A DNA stretch of 64,000 nucleotides, taken from contig JAUFOQ010000016.1 in the NCBI GenBank assembly GCA_040285855.1, forward strand, positions 868,001 through 932,000, given 5' to 3'. Under the pieces are notes generated by a model. The model worked only from the letters and a program-made list of their open reading frames with translations. It did no database searches and had not been told where the DNA came from. Origin of the DNA: Eukaryota sp. GEM-RC1. Lineage: Eukaryota. Below, piece after piece: positions 7,646 to 18,138 of the stretch (positions are counted from its first letter, which is position 1; every line of letters starts with the position of its first letter). The position numbers and the translations under genes are program-made.

Positions 7646-10522
7646 AAGTGGTTATGAAACGACTAGACAATGTTGTATCCAAAGTGAAGGTTAAATTTAT
7701 TGAATCTCGTGTTAAGAGAGCTCATCAAGTACGAGTCCGTAGTACTCTCTTTTTAAAACATTTTTTTGTTCATAATTTTCAACATTCTGGTATTTTAGGT
7801 TACATTCAGAAGTTACTGCCTGCTACTGTTCCAAATGTAACTGTTAAGGAAGAAATGAATTCTGATACAGATGAGTCAACTGAAGAAGAAACAGATGAAC
7901 ATTCAGAGTCTATCGATGCTACTGCTCCTCCCGTTAAATTAGAAAATATTGAAAATGCGAGTGGTGAACCTGAACCTGACCTTTGGACTAAAATTCAAAC
8001 TTCCAAAATTGAATTGCCAGACTGGAAGAATTTTTTTACGTTGAAATCAATGGAACAAGTGTTATCTATGATGACGATTAGGGACTACAAACTTGTAAAC
8101 AATCAGAATCATATTAGGACTGTACAAGAATCTTTAGAAAACATAATTTCTAACACAAATGATGACTCAACTCAAAATCAGTTTGCTCAACATTTCTTGA
8201 TGCATTACATTCCTCGTTTAGAACTAGCTGCTCGATCTGTTGGACTTGATAGGATTGTGTTTCCCAGTAGCCTCAATTTATCTCCTATATTGCATTACAT
8301 GGCTACTGAAATTATAACGAATTACAAGACTAACATGAGTGAACACTTTCACGAATATGTTTTTCAAGTATTTAATTTGGTTACCCTGAAAGAAGAAAGA
8401 CTTAACAAGCTTACTGATAAGAATCAACGACAAGAGTTGTGTACAAAGCTTAATGAAGTCAGACAGTTGATCATTAATGGGGAAATTTCAAAAATTAATT
8501 TTCAAGATGTTGAAGTGTTTCCTGATCCCAATTCTAGACTGAGTTTACTATTTTTTAACTATTTGTTTACTTTTTTTGAAGGTAAAATGGAAAAAACAAT
8601 CTATTATGCTGAAAAAGTAGATCCTTTGAAATTCTTAAGTCATGCAGTGTATTTGAAACGTCTTGTTGAAGACTCTTGTACTGGTGTTACTGCCAATAGT
8701 CCTTTTCCTCTGACAAAATCATTGATTCCTAATCATATCAGATTGGATACTACATGGTTTAAAAAAGTTTATGCATCAGAAATTAAAGGTAGCTTTGATG
8801 ACGTTCGAAAAGATATTTGGCACTCAGTTTTGAAACCAAAGTGTCTTCCAAAGTCATTGTCTCATGACTTCAAATACAGTTCTATTTCTACAGATGGAGT
8901 TAGCTGTAATTTAATGATGATGCGGAAAGATCTGCTTGATGCGAGAGGAAATCCTCATAAGAAGGTGAAAGCAGTTGACTACACAGCTACTGAAAGGTAC
9001 ATTGATTCTTTGAGTTCCACAGAAATTCAAAACTTAAATTTGAAATCCAGAAAAATTTTTGCTATTGATCCTAATCAGCATGATTTGATGTATTGTGCTT
9101 CTTTAAAATCTAAGGAGGAAAAGGAAATCGAAGGTTTCGATACATCAGCCAAAATCAGAAGAAGAAAGATTTCTCCAAAATCATCAAAGAAAAAAGGAAG
9201 CTTGAAAAAAATTAAAAAAGGAATTGAAGGATTGGAAAGACGCACCTACTATTGACAAACCATCAACTGTCAAGTTGAAAAATCGTGATGATTGGAAAGT
9301 ATTCAGATACACTGCTGGGGAGCGCAAGGCAGATATCAACAAGTCTCCATGGAAAAGAAAAAAACAAGGAAGGAAAGAAAAAGAGCTAAGAGAAAGAAGA
9401 GGAAGTTGGAGAAGAAAATAAGACGATACAATCTCCACCGTTTATCTGAATCCGAACGGTTACAACAATATTCTACTCAATTTATTCACATTCCAGATGG
9501 CAGACGCATTGACATAAATGGGCAACAAATTTTAGATCAATGGGGCTCTAACTCGCCAGGTAGTAAATCTTGTGAATTGACTCAGTATTCTGCTTTTGTT
9601 CTTGGTAAAGAAATTACCTGCTCTTTACTACGATCACCCACTACTGATCAAAAAAACTACTGAAGGAATTTACGAAGAAAAGTGGTTTAGAAGGAATCGT
9701 CTCACACAGTATTCAAGAAAGGAACGAAGTGAGAAAAACATGCTTCACAGATTTACTCTCCAGTTTGGAAACCCAGATGAAGTCGTTGTTGGGTATGGAG
9801 ACTGGAACGACACTGCTTTTCGTCGAAGAAGAGGTAAAGCATCGACTGTAAAAGGTGCTTCAATTCGGAAATTATTGAGAAAATTTGGATTTAAAGTGTT
9901 CCTAGTTGATGAATTTAAGACCAGCAAATGTTGCTCTGCATGTGTTTCCAGAAATGACGAAGGTATCTGTTCCAATCCTGAAAGGATCAAAGTCACTGAT
10001 CCTCATTGGAAGAAGAAGTTACAGAAGGAAGAGAAAGAATTAAAAAAGGAAATTATGGAACACAATCAATTAGACAATATTGTGGAGCGTAACTTTGATG
10101 ATGAATGGACCAAACAGTTGACATTATCGAAAGAAAGATTGAAGAGCAAAAAAGTCTCACCATGGGGCTTAGTTGAATGTGCCAAATGTCATGTCCTCTG
10201 GAATAGAGACTTCAATTCTGCTATCAATATTTACAATATTGTAAATGGAACCATTCAAGGTCAAGGTAGACCTGCCATCCTCGAGAGACCAAAATCTCAA
10301 ACAACACCTGTCGTGGATGGCGGGAATACAGATCAGATTCCAAAGAAAAAGACTGTGAGTAAGGGTAAGGGTAAAGCAAAGCGTCCTCTAACAAAAGTCA
10401 GAGGTCCTAACAAGTGTGGTATATGTTTTCAACCTGGACATAACAGAGCAACTTGTCCAAATAAGCCTAAGAAAGATGTACCCAAGGACTCACATGTAAA
10501 CCAGAAAGATCAGGAATCTTGA
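7642..10522 (+). CDS. Fanzor1 (eukaryotic TnpB-like RNA-guided RuvC endonuclease), ~959 aa after correcting three A-run indels, with C-terminal CCHC zinc knuckle
   Basis: RuvC-I IFAIDPNQHDLMYC (D at 9067), FRYT motif, VVVGYGDW (9797), VDEFKTSKCCSAC (E at 9911, first CxxC), ECAKCHVLWNRDFNSAINI (second CxxC, RuvC-III D at 10208), GRPAILER, and SISTDGVSCNL upstream. Zinc knuckle CGICFQPGHNRATC. The four ORF pieces (7642-9255, 9224-9421, 9292-9663, 9596-10522) join at A-runs. Confidence 0.9.
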
Positions 10523-10530
10523 ATCTATGA

Positions 10531-10693
10531 AGTTAGCTCGTCTTAAAAGACTTTGCGAATGAGGACTTTGTCAACTGTGGTTTATCTCATGAAAATGTGA
10601 AGGGTTATGCCCTTATGCATTTGGAATGAAATTCACAGTTACAAAAAAATGTAAAAATACATTGTTTGCTGAAGCCTTTTGTTAGTGTGACTG
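10531..10693 (+). ncRNA. Candidate Fanzor omegaRNA scaffold
   Basis: Begins 9 nt after the Fanzor stop. Hairpin gtct-taaa-agac lies within a stem closing ~10531-10567. Long imperfect hairpin 10567-10645 (tttgt-c-aactgtg ... aaggg-ttatg-ccctt ... cacagtt-acaaa). Hairpin aatgta-aaaa-tacatt at 10648-10663. Boundaries are inferred. Confidence 0.55.
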
Positions 10694-10873
10694 TATGTGT
10701 TCGCCTTGTGCTCTAATGATTGTTATGTACTGCACTTATCTATTTGTTCAACATTTAAACAGCTTGTATGTAAATCCCTGGTTGTAAACCATTTGAGTCC
10801 AGATATACAGTACATTCTTTCGTCATTTGTTATGTATAAAATTTGTCCGTAGATATGTTTATGACCAGACACG

Positions 10874-10942
10874 AAAACTGGATATAGCGCAAAACTGGAT
10901 ATAGCGTCGACCATAAAATGACGCTATATCCAGGGTTGACTG
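10874..10942. mobile_element. Solo pogo-like terminal inverted repeat with internal repeats
   Basis: 10922-10942 reverse-complements to cagtcaaccctggatatagcg (18/21 to the 1241 MITE TIR) and is followed by TA. Two aaaactggatatagcg copies lie just inside. Confidence 0.6.
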
Positions 10943-11369
10943 TATGTCAGACTTAAAAATACCATATCATTACGTCGTAAATAACAGTTTTGAAAATTGT
11001 TTTGGTCTGGAATAATGCAATACTCAACAAAACTACACAACAGAATCAAAAGCAGATGCAATTAATCGAGCTTGAGTGAGTTCAAGCACTTGGAGAGTAA
11101 ATGGTTTTTTTGTCACGAAATTATACACCTATTGTTTGGCTAATACATGATTGAATTGCACTCATTTAAGGAGTGGTGGCCTTATAGAGTCTGGAAAGAA
11201 CTAAATCTAGGAACAGCCTTCTCAATTGATATACGATTTCAGCTCAAGATTTATTTAGGTCATGAACTTATAAATTCATCAACAACCACAGAAACGGAAA
11301 CTTCAGATAGATACAATACTCACAAAGAAAAGCAACACATTTCACCACATATTCTATAAATAAAAGAAC

Positions 11370-13517
11370 CTATTTCTTCACGACTCGATACTTTTTCTTA
11401 CAGTCGCTCCATTCCCATCCTTCAATCAAATTTTGTAAGCAATCACCTAATTCTTCAATGTGAACATACACTTGCTCTCCAGAATCACGTTCTCTAAGCG
11501 TAATCTTGTCGGTTTTCAATGATTGTTGATCAATTGTAACAGCATATGGTACACCAATCTCATCAGCTCTAGCATAACGTTTTCCAATTGACTGATTGTT
11601 ATCAATTCTATAAGGGATCTCGTCATGAGATAAAACAGAACAAATCTCAGCAGTAAAGTCCTTATAAGCTTGTTGGCTGAACAATGGCATCACAACTACT
11701 TTACAGGGAGCAATCTCAGCAGGGAATCGGAGTACTGAACGGTCCAATTCACGACCACCTCCAATCTTTCTAACGTACATTGAATGCTCGAGAACAGCGT
11801 AAACAATTCGATCAATACCAAATGAAGGTTCAATGACACGAGGTAAGAACTTACGAACAAATTGCTTCTCCTCAACCTGTTTAAACTCAATATCTTCACT
11901 TGCAACAGTAATAGTGGTATCTTCGAGTTCAACGACTAATTGTCCATCAGTAGACATTTGATCAGCAAGATCATGGAGCTCTTCCTCAGTCTTGGATTCA
12001 AAGTATTGTTGTAATAAAACTAAATCTTTCTTGAACTTTTTACCTGCAACCTTTTTGTTGAATTCAAACGAAAAGAAGTTCTTAATAATAGGTTTTTCAA
12101 GATCTTTTGTTACAGAAAGATCAGTTTTCGAAGCTTCTGAATGACACTTCAAATCATAACAAGACCTATCAGCAATTCCAACAATCTCAGTCCAACCACT
12201 AGACAACAGAACCTCTGCATCCCAACAATCCTCAGCATAATGAGCCATTTGAGAGCTTAAATGCTGTCTGAAACGGATCTTTTCTGGGTTGATACCCAAG
12301 ACTTCCAAGAAAACCTGTACTTTCCCAATGAAATAAGCCATGACTTCAGTTTGTACAAATCCATGCGAAAGAGCATCATCGAGGATCATATCGATACCCT
12401 CAGCATCAGCTCCGTCTTGTTCCTGAAGGTCTCTGGGCAACCAAATTATTTGAGTCTCGGCAAAATCTAAATATTCCTGATGTGTGGTATCCTCTGGGTC
12501 AATAAAGTACTCAATCTCAGCCATTGAGAACTCTCGTAGTCTAATTAAACCAGCTCTAGGAGAGATTTCGTTTCTAAAAGCAGTACCAATCTGAGCAACT
12601 CCAAAGGGAAGAGACTTGTTGTTGAACTCAAAGAGACGTTGGAAGTTGACAAAGATTCCTTGTGCAGTTTCAGGTCTTAGAAAACCTTTGGATGATCCCA
12701 AGGGACCAATGAAGGTACTGAACATGAGATTCAATGGAACTGGATCAGAAAGAAGGTTTCCGTTGGGAGACAGGAGTTCGTATTTGTTAATTAGTTCGGC
12801 CATTTGAATAGCGTCGCAAGCATCAGCAGTGGAAATAACATGGGAGATTGTTTTATGTTCATCAGCAGGTAAATCTTTGTTCTCTGCCAGTGTCTCCAAA
12901 TGAGCGATCAAAAGTTGATCAGCACGATAACATTCCTTGGTTACAGAGTCTCTTACCATGAGATCGGAGAACTTCTGCACGTGACCAGAGGCTTCAAAGA
13001 CAGCTTCGGGGGTGAGAGCGGTACAAGCGATTTCAAAGACGTTGGGCTGAGTATTGATGAAGCACTTGACCCACATGTTGATGATGTTTCTTTTTACACC
13101 AGCTAAGACAGGGCCATAATCATAGAGACCTGAAACTCCACCATAGATTTCAAAGGCAGGAGTGAAGAGGAAACGACGCTTGATGACGTTGTCAAGGACG
13201 ATCTTAAGTTCTTCGTCCGAAAGATCGGGTACCAGTTCTTCAGCCTTGGGTGAAGGAATAGAGGCAGGGGGTTGGGACGTGGAGGATACTTGTTTGATAG
13301 GTGTCGATTTGGGTTTTTCAGCTGCAGCTGCAAGTGGAGCTTGAGTAGGAGCTGCTACATGGGCGGGAATCTCTACTTGTCTGCTAGGATCCTTCTTGAG
13401 CGCAGTATACTCCTTTTTAAGAGTCTTGATCTTCAACTCCAGATCTGAATCTCCAGGAGTAATAAACAAAGCAGCCTCCAGATCCTCAATCTCATTTTTA
13501 AGTTGTTTGAGACTCAT
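11370..13517 (-). CDS. GARS: Glycyl-tRNA synthetase (eukaryotic/archaeal alpha2 type)
   Basis: FEIYGGVSGLYDYGP, ASGHVQKFSD, LRPETAQGIF, FRNEISPRAGLIRLREFSMAEIEYF, RFRQH..MAHYAEDCWD, EIVGIADR, VIEPSFGIDRI, IGKRYARADEIGVPY. First ATG at 13517. Confidence 0.97.
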   Translation of the reverse strand: MSLKQLKNEIEDLEAALFITPGDSDLELKIKTLKKEYTALKKDPSRQVEIPAHVAAPTQAPLAAAAEKPKSTPIKQVSSTSQPPASIPSPKAEELVPDLSDEELKIVLDNVIKRRFLFTPAFEIYGGVSGLYDYGPVLAGVKRNIINMWVKCFINTQPNVFEIACTALTPEAVFEASGHVQKFSDLMVRDSVTKECYRADQLLIAHLETLAENKDLPADEHKTISHVISTADACDAIQMAELINKYELLSPNGNLLSDPVPLNLMFSTFIGPLGSSKGFLRPETAQGIFVNFQRLFEFNNKSLPFGVAQIGTAFRNEISPRAGLIRLREFSMAEIEYFIDPEDTTHQEYLDFAETQIIWLPRDLQEQDGADAEGIDMILDDALSHGFVQTEVMAYFIGKVQVFLEVLGINPEKIRFRQHLSSQMAHYAEDCWDAEVLLSSGWTEIVGIADRSCYDLKCHSEASKTDLSVTKDLEKPIIKNFFSFEFNKKVAGKKFKKDLVLLQQYFESKTEEELHDLADQMSTDGQLVVELEDTTITVASEDIEFKQVEEKQFVRKFLPRVIEPSFGIDRIVYAVLEHSMYVRKIGGGRELDRSVLRFPAEIAPCKVVVMPLFSQQAYKDFTAEICSVLSHDEIPYRIDNNQSIGKRYARADEIGVPYAVTIDQQSLKTDKITLRERDSGEQVYVHIEELGDCLQNLIEGWEWSDCKKKYRVVKK

Positions 13518-15182
13518 TAACACAGGAGGAAAAGTATAATTAACAAATATAGACACTACTACTAGTAGTAGCAGATCTTATACAACAACATTAAACACAC
13601 ATTAGGCACACCCTTCACTATGTTTGTATTGGAACCTTGCTTGTATTGGGGTCTTTCAAATCAAGTTCAATGTTAATAATTACATTATCAGATGCGAAGC
13701 CCGACATCGTAATTCTATATAAATAGGGTCAATCAATAGTCTCTATTATATTCAGTCGATTGTGTTACGTAAATCGTAACAAGATAAGTACCAAAATATG
13801 TCATCAGTTTCTTGATCAATCAGTCTTCCCATTAATCACAGCAATTTTCGACCAAAATTTAAAAAGAGATTCAATTTTCGACCAATGCGCACTAGTGTTT
13901 TCAGAACAAATCAAACTGATTTACAAGTGGAAAACTGCATCTTTCTGCACATTTCCAGAGCTCTCCTAATTCTGATATTGCCAACATATCCGTCAAAAAT
14001 TCAAACAATTTCTAGATATTCATATTTCGAACAACCTTCGCCGGAGTGGTAATTGAGATTTCTATAGCTCACCTTGGTTTTATATCTTAAGTTATATGAC
14101 GTTGAATTGAATGCGCTGATCATCACAAATTTAATGTCCAATGGTCAACAAAGTAAATCCGTTATTTATTAGACTTATTTCATTAGGTGAAATAATATTA
14201 ATATGATACTTCACACTCGTCTTTATCTTCAGATTCAATTCTCCTTGTTTTGTCTATTGGTTAATGATTCTCCCGTATTTTGTACACTGCTTGCAGAAAC
14301 ACAATCAAGGAGCAATTCTTGTTCGACCTCTTCCGGTAGAATTGTGTGCTAATTTGTCTTCTGTTTAAAAAAAATAAGTTTATGGCATAAATTAATGAAA
14401 TAGTCACTACTAGTGTTAAAAGATATCATACCCTACATAAACAATGTAGTCTTGAACCACCACGATACAATTTGTCCAGTATACGATTCAAATACTTTGG
14501 GAAAATTCTGTAGAAAGAAAAAAACAATGCGATTGCGCCAAAGAGTCTGACGAAAAATTTTCCTTTTACCCCGAAATTCTCAGTAGTGTAAAAGAAGAAA
14601 ACAAACTGGAATTCCGTTTCTTCATTGTGTCAGAATAGGTATCCATCTTTCTTTTTTCGGCTTTGGATATATGACCTTCGGAGTCAGTTGAAACTGAATT
14701 CAAATACACTTTTGCAAAAGGATCAACAGTAGTAAAATCTATCACTTTTTGACAAGAATCAAGATACGGAACAATGAGATCACCTCGTCGAAAATTGGTA
14801 ATGTTATCACTTTAAACTACAAGGGGCCCCCAAATCTACAGAATTGTTATTCCCATATAACTTGGACAAAATCCCGTCAAAATAGCGGTACTTCAACCTG
14901 AATAACGAAAACGCATGTCAATTCCACCACCAAAATGATCTGTTCAATTTCTTCCCAAAATCTAAACACAATTTTTCGAAAATATTCAAAAACCCTTTCA
15001 AAATATGACGTTTGTTTATAGACAACAAACCAACATTCTATTGCTTAATAGTATTATCATACGCTTAATGATTTTGTTCATGACATTTTGGACTTGATTC
15101 AATCGTTAAGAAAATTATTGTTATTGATTTTGATATCTATTCCTCAACTTCTATTTCTGTCTGTACCTTATTCGAGTAACCC

Positions 15183-17103
15183 ATGGTCAAATCCTTCATT
15201 GAGCATCTTAATGACACCGCAGAGTCATTAAGTACGGAAATCCCTACTTTCATTCTACATCTCATTGAACGATCCTTAGATAACTTCGATGACACTCTAG
15301 AAATAAGTACTTACACTCTAAGACCGCTTGTCCTGAAAGCGATCGGAATCACTCTTGCCAAAATCTCCAGTTCTTTCTCACACATCGTGATCGCCGATTC
15401 CCTAGTTGATGACTCTGCCCTAGCTGAATTCCTTTCCCTCATCATTCCCATGTCTTCTCTAAAAGTATCAATCTAAGAGGCCATCACTTCGGTTCTCAGT
15501 CCTCTCAAGCACTAGCAGAACTAGCCAGAAAATCACCTAGTTTAGAGGAGATTCATCTTGATTGGTGTAATCTAGGTGATAATGATCAGAATTTGAGTAA
15601 AGTTATGATTGGTCTTACTGCTTCTCATTCAATTCAGAAAATTGATTTACGGAATAACAAAATTAAAGACAGCGGAGCAGTGTTTATTGCCGATTTTTTA
15701 AAAAATAACAATTCTATTAAAGAATTAGATCTTCGGTACAATTCAATTTCTCAAGGTGCCAAATTGATTCTAAATTCTATTGAACAGCATTGCCGATCTA
15801 TAGTGAAACTTGAGCTAGGCGTCAACAGTGTTGAATATGAAGTTTTGTCTCGTATAGAGTCTGCTTTAGAGAGAAACAAAAGCTTTTACGGAGAATTTGT
15901 ACGAAAATCAACAGAATTGGAAGATGAAGATCAACAGAGGGATTTTGTATCAAGTTACGCTGATCAAAAGCTCTTTACCAGACTTCAGGCGACTTCACAG
16001 GCCAATGAACGACTTTCTTCCGTAGTCAATGGTCTAAACGAAAAGATTCAAGAATTAAACCAAGAAAATGGACAACTGGAACGTAAAGTCTCAACATTAG
16101 AAGATAGAAATCACAATCTCGAAGGTCAACTTAATGAAGTTCTTGCTGATAATGCTCGCCTTTCAGCGGATCTTAAAGAACTTCAATCTCACCAAAAGGA
16201 TTCGGCTTCTTCTTTTACTCGGTCCCAACGAAACTATGAAGCACAGGTAGAGGACTTAAGAGACAGAGTTGCTACATTAAGTTCAGATAAGGAAGGGTTG
16301 GAAAAAGATGTTACCAGTCTTCAGCGGTTGTTGAATGAAGAGAAGGAAAGACGGTTGTCAGAGGTGGAAGAGTGTAGAAGTGAAAGAGAGCATGATTTGA
16401 GGTTGTTTGAGAAGGAGCTAGCTAGTTTGAGAGAGGATACAAAATTAAAAATTTCAAAATTGAAAAGCGAAGGAAGAACTTTGGAAGAGTTACGACTTCA
16501 AGCTGAGGAATCACTATCAGAATGCCGATCTGATCTAGACAAACAGAAATCCAAACAACAACAATCACTGGCTGACCTTGAGAGCAAGTTGGAACGTCAT
16601 TGGGATCATCGTGTCAAGAGTGAATCGAAGAAAGTTAAAGAATTGACAGAGGAGATATTTGAGTTGAAACAAGAAATTAATGTAAATGAAAAGAAATTTA
16701 TTACAAAAGAAGCAGAACTTCGAGATGAGTTGAATGTTGAAAAATCGAAAAAGGAGAATTAGAACGAAAACTTTTTAAAACTGAGAATGATGGGGAGTCG
16801 TTGAAAGTCAATTTGAATAGTGTTGAAAATGAGCTTAATCAAAGCAAAAGAGCGATAGAAGATCTCAAAGTCCAAAATCATCAGCTTCACAGTCAACTAA
16901 CAGAGAAGAGATCAGAGATTGACCGCTTGATTGCTGAGAAACGTGATGAAATGAGATCAAAAGACAGTCATGTTCAAGAGCTTTTAATTGAAATTGATGG
17001 ATTAAAAAAAGAAATGAGGCTTAAGGAAGATCGATTTAGAGAGAAATTGGAGACGATTGAATCTTCACTGATTTCAAATATTCAACAAATATTGAGAAAG
17101 TAA
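15183..17103 (+). CDS. Leucine-rich-repeat plus long coiled-coil protein (LRRC45-like architecture), split by two apparent indels
   Basis: RNI-like LRRs (IDLRNNKIKDSGA, LDLRYNSIS, LELGVNSV) then an extended coiled coil. Frames rejoin at purine/A runs near 15462 and 16750. True start may lie further upstream. Confidence 0.7.
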
Positions 17104-17245
17104 CAGAACTTCTCTGCTTAATGTACTATAATTTAAAATTTTCTCATAGTTGACTTTTTGAGTAAAACTTTTCATCTGCTTGTAACCAACTCCAATTAAG
17201 TTCAACAATTAAATAAAGTGAATCGATACTTCTTCAATCAAATCT

Positions 17246-18061
17246 CTATTCACTCATATCATCAGAATCAGAATCACGTGATTGCTTTACACTCGTATCT
17301 TCCCCTTCCTGCCTTCTAGTCCTTTTAGTTTCTTCTTCCTCCTCAACTTCAGAGTCTACAAACTCACTTACTGAACTCATTTCTTCACTTCCTTCTTCCT
17401 CTTCACCCTCACCACTTGAATCTGGTTCATCAACAGCATAACTCTCGACCTTTTTCCTAACTCTTCGAGGTCCAGAAACTATAAACTTCTCATTCATCGT
17501 CTCTGCTTCATCTGAAAGTTCCTTCAGTAATCGTGAAAGACGATTAGCATAAGCAACAGGAGTCTCACTTCGAGACTTTCGGGGAACTTTCTTGTTTGAG
17601 TTTTTGATCTCCTTCTTGTATTTTACAATTCTCTGAGCAACTGGAGGTGGTCCCTTTCGGGTTGACTTCTTCTTCTTGGTGGGTTCTTCTTCCTCTTCTT
17701 CTTCATCCGAAGATTGGTCCGATTCATCTTCATGAGTACTGAGATCGGATGTTGAAGGTTCAGGAGCAGGTTTTGGACTAACTTCTTTTGGTTCAGCAGA
17801 AGAAGTCTCAAGATCGAGATCAGAATTGTCTTGTTCTGTTTTGGGAAGTGGTTCTTCAGAAGAAGAATCGTCCTTGTCGCTGCTATTCATAACACTGAGG
17901 ATAGCATCTTTGATATCCTTCTTAACAGACGCAGTAAGTGACGTAGGCTCAAGTCCTAGTTCATTTGCCATCAACAGAAGAGCTTCTTTCAGTTTAATGT
18001 CTGATGTCAGCTGAGAGCGAGCTTTGAGGGATTTTGCTACAGATAAATAGTTGGTATCCAT
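17246..18061 (-). CDS. Acidic/lysine-rich low-complexity protein, possibly chromatin-associated
   Basis: Long ORF with a short helical N-terminus followed by acidic and basic tracts. ATG at 18061. No firm family. Confidence 0.55.
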   Translation of the reverse strand: MDTNYLSVAKSLKARSQLTSDIKLKEALLLMANELGLEPTSLTASVKKDIKDAILSVMNSSDKDDSSSEEPLPKTEQDNSDLDLETSSAEPKEVSPKPAPEPSTSDLSTHEDESDQSSDEEEEEEEPTKKKKSTRKGPPPVAQRIVKYKKEIKNSNKKVPRKSRSETPVAYANRLSRLLKELSDEAETMNEKFIVSGPRRVRKKVESYAVDEPDSSGEGEEEEGSEEMSSVSEFVDSEVEEEEETKRTRRQEGEDTSVKQSRDSDSDDMSE

Positions 18062-18138
18062 GATGATGAGAGAAACTTTAATCAAAAGCAAACTCAAACA
18101 AGACTAGAAAATTTTTGCTCTGAGAACACTCTTTTTGG

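Noticed and set aside
9180..9665. Programmed ribosomal frameshifting or introns to explain the Fanzor breaks
   Set aside because: The shifts go in both directions and all sit in A-runs like those in host genes. No suitable GT-AG intron was evident.
7642..10522. Bacterial IS200/IS605 TnpB or Cas12 from contamination
   Set aside because: The GDW...DE arrangement and large size fit Fanzor1. There is no TnpA or CRISPR array, and the locus is embedded among eukaryotic genes.
14405..14588. cactac...gtagtg as a CACTA element
   Set aside because: The match is only 6 bp and there is no target-site duplication.
13600..15100. 1.5-kb ORF-poor region as an RNA gene locus
   Set aside because: No tRNA, rRNA or snRNA signature was recognised. 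It is probably decayed repeat or promoter DNA.
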